DNA from: an uncultured beta proteobacterium
GTDB lineage: Bacteria; Pseudomonadota; Gammaproteobacteria; Burkholderiales; Gallionellaceae
Direction of reading: 5' to 3'
Length of the DNA stretch: 64,000 bases
Assembly: GCA_963757485.1 (NCBI GenBank)
Contig: CAVWTZ010000123.1
Location: 2,051 to 66,050, forward strand
Shown here: in pieces, positions 41,011 to 50,708 of the stretch
How the letters are laid out: each line of letters starts with the position of its first letter
Numbering within the stretch: position 1 is the first letter of the stretch
Notes under the pieces: generated by a model
The model's input: only the letters and a program-made list of their open reading frames with translations
What the model was told of the DNA's origin: nothing
The model's database searches: none
Position numbers and translations under genes: made by a program

Positions 41011-42012
41011 TCAGGCCTCGTATATCAGGCGATCGTCACCATAAATCAGCCTGGTGCCGAATTCGGTACACAGCATTTCCATGTGCGCGCAGATCGCCTC
41101 GAATTCGCCGCCGCGCGCCAGCGCGACATGGGCCACGCTCAGCGACACCGGCAGCAGTTCGATGCGGGACAGCTTGCCGCGCTCGACCATCACTTTGAAC
41201 AGACAGGAGCGGTCGTTGCGCAGCAGCGGATTGACGGCGTAGTCGTCGATGAAATTGCCGGTGTCGTAGAGTATCGGCTTGCCCCGGTATATCTCGATAC
41301 CCTGGCAGATATGCGCGCTATGGCCGTGGTAGATGTCGGCGCCGAGTTCGATCACGCGCCTGGCGAAGCTGCGGAATTTGGATGAAGGGCGTTCGACGAA
41401 ATTCGCCCCCCAGTGGTTGGAGAACACCACCAGGTCGGCACCCTGCGCACGTGCATTTTCAATGTCGTTTGCGATGCGTGCCAGCGTTGCCTCATCCGGC
41501 GAGACTTCCAGGTAGTTGGTGCCGGGGTGATCTGCACCGGCGGCAAAAACCGGTTCGTTGTCCGTGTAGGAAAGCAACGCAACGCGGCACGGCGCAGCAC
41601 CGGCTTCTTCCGGTGACCCGGGTTCGATCATCGCCGGGGCGGCAGCCTGTTCCGTATCGACCCCGGCAGCCGGCATGGCGGATGCCGGCCGCGTCGAGCA
41701 CGCGCAAGGTGTCGCGCATGCCCTGTACTTCGTAATCGAGGATGTGGTTGTTGGCGAGCGTGCAGGCGTCGATGTCGCAACCTGCAGCACGCGCACGGCC
41801 CCGGGGTCGGCGCAGGAATGGAACATCTTCCAGGTGCGTGACCAGGGCTGGAGATGGGCGGTGAGGGCGCATTCCAGATTGACGATGCGCAAATCGGCCT
41901 GCGCCGGATGCGGCAGCACGTCGCCCCACACTTGTTCCGGTTGCATGCGCGCGAGCCTTTCGTTGACCAGGCGGCCCAGCATTATGTCTCCGGTAAAGGC
42001 TAGCGTTAGCAT
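41011..42012 (-). pseudogene. CapA (PGA_cap) metallophosphoesterase with compensating frameshifts at ~41660-41780
   Basis: 'FTGDIMLGR', 'VNLEC', 'HWG', 'HGHSAH', 'GNFIDDY' in the main frame; the required 'LANNHILDY' motif is in another frame. Confidence 0.8.
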
Positions 42013-42013
42013 A

Positions 42014-42158
42014 TGGGCAATTCCATCAATTCATTTTCCGGGCGAATCGCGGCGTCGCGTGCTCGTTCGTTCCTCGCCTATCAAGTTGATATGTCTCGTC
42101 GCTTACTGCGCGGCTCCTTGCGCTTCATCCCGCAAAAGTGAATTTCTTGAAATGCCCA
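42014..42158. repeat. RPE-like palindromic element filling the polX-capA intergenic space
   Basis: Ends TGGGCA...TGCCCA, inner arms TTTTCCGGG/CCCGCAAAA; similar to the reverse complement of 3391-3533. Confidence 0.8.
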
Positions 42159-42161
42159 AAA

Positions 42162-43886
42162 TCACATCGTGCGTTTCAGCAGCTTGCGCAATGCGGCCAA
42201 CGAACGCGTGTTCAGCACGTCGGATTTTTCCAGCCAGCCGCGCCGCGCCTGTCCGACGCCGTACTTGAGGTTGGCGAAATCGTAGGTGCTGTGCGCGTCC
42301 GAGTTGATGCTGACCAGCACGCCTTCTTCCTTCGCGCTCTGGCACTGGCTGTCGAGCAGGTCCAGGCGTTCCGGGTGGGCGTTCAGTTCGAGGTAGCAGC
42401 CGCGCTGCTTTGCGTGGCGGATGATGCGCAGCATGTCCACGTCGTAAGGTTCGCGCTGTTCGATCAGACGTCCGCTCGGGTGGGCGAGCAGTGTGAAATG
42501 CGGGTGATCCATCGCGCGCAGGATGCGCTCGGTCTGCCTGGCGCGCGACAGGTCGAAGCGGCTGTGCACCGCGCCGACCACCAGGTCGAGCCGTGCCAGT
42601 ACCGCATCCGGCAGATCGAGGCTGCCGTCCTCGAGGATGTCCACCTCTATGCCCTTGAGCAGCGTGATGCCTTTCAGCTCGGCGTTGAGCTGGTCGATCT
42701 CGTCGCACTGTTTTGCCAGCCTGACCGGGTCGAGGCCGTGCGCGATGGTGAGATGGCGCGAGTGTTCTGTGATCGCGAGGTACTCCATGCCGAGTGCCCT
42801 GGCCGCCAGCGCCATGTCGCGCAGGGTGTCGTGGCCGTCGGTGGCTTTGGTGTGCGCATGCAGGTCGCCGCGCAAGTCGGACAGCTCGACCAGCTTCGGC
42901 AGGCGTCCTGCGCGTGCCGCCTCGATCTCGCCGCGGTCCTCGCGCAGTTCCGGCGGAATGTAGGGCAGGCCGACCGCGCGGTACACCGATTCCTCGCTGT
43001 CTCCGGCGATGCGCTTCGCGCCGCGGAACACCCCGTATTCGTTGATCTTCAGGCCGAGCTGCTGCGCGATGCGGCGGATCGCGATGTTGTGCGATTTGGA
43101 ACCGGTGAAGTAGTGCAGCGCCGCGCCGTAACTTTCCTGCGCGACCACGCGCAGGTCGACCTGGATGCCGCATTTGAGCAGCACGCTGGCGCGCGTCTCG
43201 CCTGCGGAAAATACTTCGGATATTTCGTCGTAGGCGGTAAAGCGCTGCATCACCGGGCTGTCGGGCACGGCAGTGACCAGGATGTCCAGATCGCCGACGG
43301 TCTCGCGCATGCGCCGGAAGCTGCCGGCAACGATCACCTGCTTGACGCCGGGTATCCCCTGCAGGAACGCGCGCAGCGCATCGGCATATTGCGCTGCCGT
43401 GGCGAGCTTGAAGCGCCGGCTCTGGCTGGCGTGGGTCTGCACCGCCTGCAGGATGTTCTGTTCGGTTTTTGCGCCGAAGCCGGGCAGCGCGCGGATGCGG
43501 CCGTCCTGGGCGGCACGGTGCAGCTGTTCTACGGTCTGCACGTCGAGGTCGTGGTACAGCGCTTTCACCCGTTTGGGCCCCAGCCCCGGGATATTCAGCA
43601 GCTCGGTGATCGCGGGTGGCAGCTCCTTGCGCAGGCGGTCGAGCAAACTGCAGTGCCCGGTGCTGACGATCTCGCTGACCTTGGCGGCGAGATCGGCGCC
43701 GATGCCGGGCAGCCGGGTCAGGTCGTCGCCGCGCTCCACCAATGCGCGCGCTTCCTGCGGCAGGTCGCCGAGGATGCGCGCGGCATTGCGGTAGGCGCGG
43801 ATGCGGAACGGGTTCGCCCCCTCGATTTCCAGCAGGTCGGCGATCTCTTCGAAAATAGCGGTGATGTCGGCGTTATGGACAGGCAT
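42162..43886 (-). CDS. polX: DNA polymerase X with PHP domain
   Basis: 'NPFRIRAY', 'AGSFRR..ETVGDLD', 'YFTGSKSHN', 'DLHAHT', 'INSDAH'. Confidence 0.96.
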   Translation of the reverse strand: MPVHNADITAIFEEIADLLEIEGANPFRIRAYRNAARILGDLPQEARALVERGDDLTRLPGIGADLAAKVSEIVSTGHCSLLDRLRKELPPAITELLNIPGLGPKRVKALYHDLDVQTVEQLHRAAQDGRIRALPGFGAKTEQNILQAVQTHASQSRRFKLATAAQYADALRAFLQGIPGVKQVIVAGSFRRMRETVGDLDILVTAVPDSPVMQRFTAYDEISEVFSAGETRASVLLKCGIQVDLRVVAQESYGAALHYFTGSKSHNIAIRRIAQQLGLKINEYGVFRGAKRIAGDSEESVYRAVGLPYIPPELREDRGEIEAARAGRLPKLVELSDLRGDLHAHTKATDGHDTLRDMALAARALGMEYLAITEHSRHLTIAHGLDPVRLAKQCDEIDQLNAELKGITLLKGIEVDILEDGSLDLPDAVLARLDLVVGAVHSRFDLSRARQTERILRAMDHPHFTLLAHPSGRLIEQREPYDVDMLRIIRHAKQRGCYLELNAHPERLDLLDSQCQSAKEEGVLVSINSDAHSTYDFANLKYGVGQARRGWLEKSDVLNTRSLAALRKLLKRTM

Positions 43887-43983
43887 ATGCGCATTGTATT
43901 CCTATGCTTGGCCGATAGGCAGGCCGGGTCAGTTTTTCGAGAGCCTGTTATAGTAATCATCTGACGATTCATCCGAGGCAGAC

Positions 43984-45498
43984 ATGGCCGTCGAAACCGA
44001 ACTCAAATTGCGCATCGCCCCCGGGCAGCTTGCCAGGCTGAAGCGGCATGCGCTGCTCAAGAGATATTCCGTGACGCGCACGGTCACGCGTCGTCTGCAA
44101 AACATCTATTACGACACCCCGAAACTGGACTTGCATAAATCCGAAATGGCGTTGCGCCTGCGCCATGCCGGGCGGCAATGGCTGCAAACCCTGAAGGGCG
44201 GCGGTTCGGTGCAGGCCGGGCTGCACCGGCGCAACGAGTGGGAAGTGCCGGTGCAGCGCGCCGCACTGGATTTTTCAGCAACGCAGGAAGTGGACTGGGA
44301 CGAACATTTGCGGCCGTCGTTGCGCAAGCAATTGCAGCCGGTTTTCGTTACGGATTTTACCCGCAACAGCCGGATGCTGGACTTTCAGGGCGCGCAAATC
44401 GAGTTGTGCATGGATCAGGGCGAAGTGCGCACAGAGCAGCACAGCGTGCCGCTCTGCGAGCTGGAACTGGAATTGAAATCCGGCGAGCCGGGGCTGTTGT
44501 TCGAGCTGGCGCTGAAGATACTGGAGGTCGTGCCTTTCGAACTGGAAACGGTCAGCAAGGCGGAGCAGGGCTATCGCCTGTTGTCCGGATATGCCGGGCA
44601 ACCGTTGAGGGGCGTTGCGCCAGTTTTTGCCAGGACGGACACGCTGACGGATGTGTTGCAAGCGCTGATCTGGTCGTGCCTGCAGCATTTTCAGGGCAAC
44701 CTGTCCGGAGCGATGGGCAGCGATGATGACGAATATCTGCATCAGATGCGCGTCGCCCTGCGCCGCCTGCGCGTGGTGCTGCGCATCGCGCAGAAGGTCC
44801 GCGCCGACGCGCAGTTGGCCGGCCTGTACACGGTTGTCTCGGATTTGTGCATCGCGTTGGGGCGCATCCGCGAATGGGATGTTTTCATCGCCGGAACGCT
44901 GCAGCCGATGCGCGCGCGCATGGCCGGACATGCGGGGTTGCAGGCTTTGCTGGCGGCCAGCGAACGGCAGCGCGCGGCCTGCTATGCGGAACTGCGCGGC
45001 ACGGCACAGGCGCGTGAAATGCAGCGCCTGCTGTTGCGTTTCTCCATCTGGATGAACGGCGACTATTGGAAGCAGCAGCCGGAAACCGTTCCGCTTGCGC
45101 GGGATTTCGCAACACGGCGTTTGCGCAAGCTGGCCAAACGGTTTGCACTGTCCGGACATCAGCTGGATACTGCCGAAGCCGCGCAGCTGCATGCGCTGCG
45201 CATCCTTGCAAAGAAACTCAGGTACAGCGCGGAATTTTTCGCGTCTTTTTATGACAGGCAAAAAGCCGGTTCTTTCCTTGCCGCGTTGAGCGAAGTGCAG
45301 GACGTGCTCGGGCTGATCAACGACATCGCGGTGGCGCATCGCCTGCTGGATGGGCTGGCCGAGCAGCAGGATAGGTCAGTTCTGGAGGCCGTCACTTTGT
45401 CCCGGGGGTGGATCGCGCACGACCTGTCTCATCAGCTCTATGTATTGCGCAAAACCATACAACGCTTCAACAAACAAAACGCGTTTTGGGAAGAATAA
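43984..45498 (+). CDS. CYTH + CHAD domain protein (triphosphatase, YgiF-like)
   Basis: 'ETELKL', 'YYDTP', 'ELELELK'; CHAD 'HQMRVALRRLR', 'HALRILAKKLRY'. Confidence 0.93.
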   Translation: MAVETELKLRIAPGQLARLKRHALLKRYSVTRTVTRRLQNIYYDTPKLDLHKSEMALRLRHAGRQWLQTLKGGGSVQAGLHRRNEWEVPVQRAALDFSATQEVDWDEHLRPSLRKQLQPVFVTDFTRNSRMLDFQGAQIELCMDQGEVRTEQHSVPLCELELELKSGEPGLLFELALKILEVVPFELETVSKAEQGYRLLSGYAGQPLRGVAPVFARTDTLTDVLQALIWSCLQHFQGNLSGAMGSDDDEYLHQMRVALRRLRVVLRIAQKVRADAQLAGLYTVVSDLCIALGRIREWDVFIAGTLQPMRARMAGHAGLQALLAASERQRAACYAELRGTAQAREMQRLLLRFSIWMNGDYWKQQPETVPLARDFATRRLRKLAKRFALSGHQLDTAEAAQLHALRILAKKLRYSAEFFASFYDRQKAGSFLAALSEVQDVLGLINDIAVAHRLLDGLAEQQDRSVLEAVTLSRGWIAHDLSHQLYVLRKTIQRFNKQNAFWEE

Positions 45499-45599
45499 AT
45501 TACCGGTGGTGATTGCCAGCGCGGGCATTGCAGTTTATCGTATCAGGGTAGATCGGCCGATATTACATGGAATGCGGATTCTGCTTCGGAAAGGAAAAA

Positions 45600-46043
45600 A
45601 TGAGCCTCTCGTCCAAACAAAAAACCTGGATACTAGTCGGGATCCTGATCATAATCGGCGGAGCCGCATTCGTCTATCTGGATCCCCTCGAACTTCATCT
45701 CATTGGTCCGGAGCCGGTGCCCGTTGCTGTGAAACCGCTGCCACCCCATGTTGCGGCGCCTGCGCCAAAGCCGGTGGCACCAAAGCCGGCCGAGGCAAAA
45801 CCGGCTGCACCAAAACCCGTTGCTGCAATGCCTGCAGCAACACCCGAAACTGCAAAGCCTGTTGCAACGGAACCTGCCATGGCACCGGCCCAGGCGCCCT
45901 TGCTGCCAGTGAAATCCTCCCAAACGAACAAGACCACCGGCAAGCCGGCCGTCGCTAAACCAGTGAGGCCAAAAAATCTGGATCTGAGACATTGCCTGGA
46001 TTTAAAGACCAACGCAGAAATTGCGAAATGCGCAGGTGAGTAA
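45600..46043 (+). CDS. Membrane-anchored Pro/Ala-rich hypothetical protein
   Basis: N-terminal TM helix, APKP linker, C-terminal 'DLRHCL...IAKCA'. Confidence 0.75.
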   Translation: MSLSSKQKTWILVGILIIIGGAAFVYLDPLELHLIGPEPVPVAVKPLPPHVAAPAPKPVAPKPAEAKPAAPKPVAAMPAATPETAKPVATEPAMAPAQAPLLPVKSSQTNKTTGKPAVAKPVRPKNLDLRHCLDLKTNAEIAKCAGE

Positions 46044-47238
46044 GCTGGCAACGCCGCCGCCTGAGAAGCGGCACCGGCCATCCGGGTTGAACTCGCGCTT
46101 CCATGGAAGCGAATTGGCCAACGGCAGCCGTTTGGCATTTGCGGATTATGTGGCGCGAACCCGGGACATGCTCTACCGGGTGCATGCGGGCGCTGCGGAT
46201 CTGGAAAAAATAGTGGACGGCAACGCGCCGTTCGAGCTGAAGCCGCCGCCCGGTTTTTCGCCCGGACAACAAAAACCCTACCGTCGCGGCGTGCTGCTCA
46301 CGCATGGCCTGAGCGACTCGCCCTATGCGATGCGTCATCTGGCCGGGTTCTTCCGGCAGAACGGCTTTCGTGTCATGGCGGTATTGTTGCCGGGGCATGG
46401 CACACAGCCGGGTGATCTGCTCGATGTGACATGGCAGGAGTGGGCCAAGACGGTCGCATATGGCGCGTATCAGCTGGCCGAAGAGGTCGATGAAGTCTAT
46501 CTGGCGGGATACTCCACCGGCGCGACATTGAGCGTCTACCATGGCCTGCGCGACAACCGGGTGCGCGGCCTGTTCCTGTTTTCCCCCGCGCTAAAGATAA
46601 CGCAACGGGCCGCCTGGGCCAAATTGCACAAGCTGTACAGCTGGCTGATACCTTCCGCGAAGTGGGTGGACATCAAACCCGACCTGGATATCTACAAGTA
46701 TGAGTCCTTTACCAACAACGCCGCAGCCCAGGCCTATGCATTGACCAGGGAGCTCGGCAGGAAACTGCAGGGGCACCGGCTGGACATGCCGGTTTTCATC
46801 GCCGCCAGTGCGGATGACATGACAGTCAAAACATCGGTGATATTTGAATTCATGAAACACGCGTGCCCTCCATCCAGCAGGCTGGTGATCTACACCACCG
46901 AGCCGGAAAATTCTCCGCGTGATTTTCCGGCAGATCAATTGGAACTGGTGAACAGCGTGTTTCCCGGGCAGAAAATATTGAGCTCGGCGCACACCGCCAT
47001 CGTGCTAGCGCCGGAGGACGGGCATTACGGTGTTAACGGGGAGTATTCCAATTGCGTGCATTATTATCCGGACGATATGGAAAAATACGACGCGTGCCTC
47101 AAGCATCCCGGGCAGGACTTTCAGGGCGAGATCACCGAAAAAAATCTGAAAGCCGGCATATTGCGGCGGCTGATGTACAACCCGAATTTTGCGTCACTCA
47201 AGGTTTCGATGCGGCGATTCATCGACGCTCTGCCTTGA
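46036..47238 (+). CDS. Alpha/beta hydrolase (esterase/lipase)
   Basis: 'HGLSDSP', 'LPGHG', nucleophile 'GYSTG'. Confidence 0.88.
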   Translation: MSKLATPPPEKRHRPSGLNSRFHGSELANGSRLAFADYVARTRDMLYRVHAGAADLEKIVDGNAPFELKPPPGFSPGQQKPYRRGVLLTHGLSDSPYAMRHLAGFFRQNGFRVMAVLLPGHGTQPGDLLDVTWQEWAKTVAYGAYQLAEEVDEVYLAGYSTGATLSVYHGLRDNRVRGLFLFSPALKITQRAAWAKLHKLYSWLIPSAKWVDIKPDLDIYKYESFTNNAAAQAYALTRELGRKLQGHRLDMPVFIAASADDMTVKTSVIFEFMKHACPPSSRLVIYTTEPENSPRDFPADQLELVNSVFPGQKILSSAHTAIVLAPEDGHYGVNGEYSNCVHYYPDDMEKYDACLKHPGQDFQGEITEKNLKAGILRRLMYNPNFASLKVSMRRFIDALP

Positions 47239-47259
47239 TTGCAAGCGACACAAGCTTAT

Positions 47260-47403
47260 ACATAGCCGCAGAAATCGTAGCGAGCGGGCCGGCATTGGGG
47301 GAGCCCGGAGCACAGGCACCGGAGTGTACATAGAAGTACACGAGGATGACGAGCACCGCGCGACCTCAATGCAGGTTCGCGCAGTCGATTTATGTTGCTA
47401 TGT
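47260..47403. repeat. RPE-like palindromic element overlapping the MFS stop codon
   Basis: Ends ACATAGC...GCTATGT; inverted homologue of 22570-22715. Confidence 0.85.
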
Positions 47404-48684
47404 GCGCAGCGCAGCGCGCTTCCCGCGCCAGACATTCACCCCCGCCAGGATCGCCAGCCCCGCGACAAAATAGCTGCCGGTGATCAGGATCGCGAGTCTA
47501 TGGTCGCCCTGCGAAATCCAGCTGACCAGGCCGTAAGTCAGCGGCCCCAGTATCGACGACAGCTTGACCGCCAGTCCCCATAGTCCGAAAAATTCGGCAC
47601 GCCGCGTGACCGGGCTCAGCAGTCCGACCAGCGCCCGCCCCGCGGACTGGCTGGAGCCCATGCAGATTCCCGCGAGGTTGGCGGCGAACCAGAACATCGT
47701 CGGACCCTGTGCGGCCCATGCCAGGCCGACCATCACGATCCAGCCAACCAGCGTCAATGCAATGGCCTGAATGTGGCCGATACGGTCCTGCAAATGGCCG
47801 AACAGGAACGCGCCGACCGCGGCGGTGATGTTGACCACGAAGATCAGCATGATGGTCTGCTGGGTGGTGAAGTGCATCGCCTGCTGCGCGTAGATCGCGG
47901 CGAGCGTGATCACTGCCTGGATGCCCGCCTGATAGAACACCGTGCAGACCAGGAAGCGCCGCAGGTCGCGGTAATCCCTCGCGTGTTTGATGGTTTGCAT
48001 CAGCCGCGCGAAGGATTCCTGCGCCAGATTCAGTCCCTGCAGATGCGGCTGCGGCACGGCGCGTTCCTTGAGGAACAGAAAAGTGGGCACGCTGGAAAGC
48101 GCGAACAGCGCGGCCGTGATCAGCATCGTCACCGGCACGAAATCCGCTGCGTGTTGTCCATGACTTTGAGCCCAGGTCACATAGGCAAGACAGGCGCCCA
48201 AGCTGACCAGTCCGCCGACATAACCCAGGCTCCATCCCCATCCGGACACCTTGCCGAGCGAACGCCCGGTCGCCAGTTCCGGCAGGAAGGCCGCGATGAT
48301 ATTTTCTCCGCTGCCATAAAAGAAATTGGAAAGCACGATCAGCAGGATGGTGAGCCACAGGCTGCCCGGCCCGGAAAACGCGAGCAGCGCGGTAAAGCCC
48401 ACGCAGCCTATCGTGGTCAGCGCCAGCAGTTTCTTCTTGGCGGCATAGGCATCCGCATAGGCGCCGATCACCGGCGCAGTGACCATGATCGCGGCGTAGG
48501 ACACCGCCAATGCCGCCGTCCACGCGAAGGTCGCCCATGGCTGGTCGCCCGCCACCACCGAGACGAAATAGGCATTGAAGATCGCGGTGATGACCACCGT
48601 GGTATAGCCGGAGTTCGCGAAGTCGTACATCGCCCAGGACCAGACTTCCCGGGGTGTGACGGATTTGGCTAGGGAGCGGCGCAT
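47398..48684 (-). CDS. MFS transporter (UMF1/ATG22-like)
   Basis: 'WAMYDFANS', 'SGWGWSLGYVGG', 'EFFGLW'; about 12 TM segments. Confidence 0.93.
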   Translation of the reverse strand: MRRSLAKSVTPREVWSWAMYDFANSGYTTVVITAIFNAYFVSVVAGDQPWATFAWTAALAVSYAAIMVTAPVIGAYADAYAAKKKLLALTTIGCVGFTALLAFSGPGSLWLTILLIVLSNFFYGSGENIIAAFLPELATGRSLGKVSGWGWSLGYVGGLVSLGACLAYVTWAQSHGQHAADFVPVTMLITAALFALSSVPTFLFLKERAVPQPHLQGLNLAQESFARLMQTIKHARDYRDLRRFLVCTVFYQAGIQAVITLAAIYAQQAMHFTTQQTIMLIFVVNITAAVGAFLFGHLQDRIGHIQAIALTLVGWIVMVGLAWAAQGPTMFWFAANLAGICMGSSQSAGRALVGLLSPVTRRAEFFGLWGLAVKLSSILGPLTYGLVSWISQGDHRLAILITGSYFVAGLAILAGVNVWRGKRAALRT

Positions 48685-48981
48685 GGATTTTCTTGACTGC
48701 GATGGGTTAGGGAGGTGATATTGTTGACCATAACGGTTGAAAACCCAAATAGTCCGCGTTTAAACTTTTCAAGTATTGATGCGGCGGTTTATTGATATAG
48801 TTGCCGCAAATGAATAGGACATTTCGTGAAGAGCCATCAGCGCTATGCATGCGCTGATGGCCTGAAATGTGCCATGATTGGATGTTCGATTTGACATCCC
48901 AATTGTTTCACTGCACGATGCGCCGATGACACCTTTTCTACATCGCCGATAGCCCACCCAAGGAAAAAACAGGAATAAACT

Positions 48982-49797
48982 ATGGCTTCTTCTTTACGCT
49001 GCCTCCAGATCACCGCGGCCCTTTTAGTTGTGTTCTTGTTGTTGCCGCAGAAAGCGATTGCAGAAGCCAGCCACGTCAAGATTGGAATAGTAATCATGCA
49101 CGGCAAGGGTGGGTCGCCGGCGAAGCATGTCTCGAACCTGGCTTCTGCGCTTGAAGGGAAGGGGTTTCTGGTTGCAAATCTGGAAATGCCTTGGTCTGGG
49201 CGTCGAAATTACGATGTCAATGTCAATGGTGCAGAGAAGGAAGTCGAATCGGCGTTGAGTTCACTGCGCAGCAAGGGAGCCCAAAAACTTTTTGTTGCTG
49301 GACATAGCCAAGGAGGGTTGTTCGCACTCTATTTCGGCAACAGGCATGTGGTTGACGGAATTATTGCGATAGCCCCTGGAGGAAATGTTGGCAGCCCTAT
49401 ATTCGGAGAAAAGCTGGGAGATTCTGTGGCGTTGGCCCGCAAACTTATCGCCGAAGGCAAAGGCGATGAAAAGACAAAACTATTTGATTATGAGAGCGGA
49501 AAAGGAGTCTATCCAATCATCACATCGCCCTCATCGTACTTGACTTGGTTCGACCCTGAGGGAGCAATGAATCAAATGGCTGCGGTAACAAACATGAATC
49601 CGGCCATTCCTGTCTTGTACATCGCCCCTACAAACGACTATCCGGGCCTCATTGAAGCCAAGCAGCGGATGGTCAATGCTCTACCCAAGAATCCCCGTAC
49701 CAAGCTTTATGAACCGGACTCAAGTCATATTGACGCACCCTCTGCGTCAATTAATGAGATCGCTGAATGGACCACTGCCATAGCAAACGCTCAGTAG
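48982..49797 (+). CDS. Secreted alpha/beta hydrolase
   Basis: Signal peptide, 'MHGKGG', 'GHSQGG'; lower GC than neighbours. Confidence 0.88.
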   Translation: MASSLRCLQITAALLVVFLLLPQKAIAEASHVKIGIVIMHGKGGSPAKHVSNLASALEGKGFLVANLEMPWSGRRNYDVNVNGAEKEVESALSSLRSKGAQKLFVAGHSQGGLFALYFGNRHVVDGIIAIAPGGNVGSPIFGEKLGDSVALARKLIAEGKGDEKTKLFDYESGKGVYPIITSPSSYLTWFDPEGAMNQMAAVTNMNPAIPVLYIAPTNDYPGLIEAKQRMVNALPKNPRTKLYEPDSSHIDAPSASINEIAEWTTAIANAQ

Positions 49798-49964
49798 AGC
49801 CAACCCATCAATACCACCGACCTTCCCGTAAATCGGAGCAGCCCGGCAAAACTAAGCGTTAAACTTCCGCTATCGGACGAATCGAGCTTCCGGATTGTGC
49901 CGTAGGCGGAAGCTGAGCCAGACACTAACTTGCAGATCAAGCCAGGATTAATTCAAAAACCATC

Positions 49965-50708
49965 ATGACTAAATCCCTGATCTTCGCCCACCGTGGCGCC
50001 AACAAGGAAGCTGCGGAGAATACCCGCTCAGCTTTCGACAAGGCGCTGGAATACCCCATCGACGGAATAGAGACTGACGTGCAGCTCAGCCGCGACGAAG
50101 TCGCCGTGCTGTGGCACGACCGCTTCCTCGGCAAGCTCGGTCATCCGCTGAAGCACATCGACGATTTCGATCATGCGCAGTTGCAGGGGATGAATTTTGC
50201 CGCGCATTTTTCAGCGGGTGCCAAACCGGAAGGCATCATGAGCCTGAAAGAATTTCTCGATGCCTACCGCAAGCGCAGCCGATTGCTGCTTGAAATCAAG
50301 AATCGCGAATGGGAACTGGTGTATCGCCATGAAATCAAGATCCGGCAAACCCTGGAGCTGGTTGGCCCGGTCAGCGATGATTCCATCATGGTTTCTTCAT
50401 TCAACCTGGCCAGCCTCGTCTATGCCCACGAGCTTTCTTCAGGGATACCACTGGTTTACAATTTTGAGGAAGACCAGACGCTTGCGGATGCAAAGCAGAT
50501 ATTGGCCGGGCAACCCTTCCTTCACGGGCTTTGCCTGCCGATCAAGTCGCTCGATGAATCTGTCGTCAAGCTGCTGCGCGATCACGGCAAACGCATCGCG
50601 GTCTACACCTGCAACAGCGATGCGGAAATCAGCAAGGCGCTGGAATTGGGCGTGGATATCCTGATCAGCGACGTGCCGCAGAAGGCGCTGCAGATGCGCG
50701 ATAGATGA
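49965..50708 (+). CDS. Glycerophosphodiester phosphodiesterase
   Basis: 'AHRGA..ENT', 'IETDV', 'HD', 'EIK', 'GVDILISD'. Confidence 0.93.
   Translation: MTKSLIFAHRGANKEAAENTRSAFDKALEYPIDGIETDVQLSRDEVAVLWHDRFLGKLGHPLKHIDDFDHAQLQGMNFAAHFSAGAKPEGIMSLKEFLDAYRKRSRLLLEIKNREWELVYRHEIKIRQTLELVGPVSDDSIMVSSFNLASLVYAHELSSGIPLVYNFEEDQTLADAKQILAGQPFLHGLCLPIKSLDESVVKLLRDHGKRIAVYTCNSDAEISKALELGVDILISDVPQKALQMRDR

Noticed and set aside
41660-41780. Novel sequence segment in CapA
   Set aside because: The conserved LANNH motif is in another frame, so these are compensating indels.
39054-43964. Long antisense ORFs (e.g. 39054-40688, 42138-43964; also 1250-2146 and 20312-21649)
   Set aside because: Shadow frames of well-supported genes on the opposite strand in high-GC DNA.
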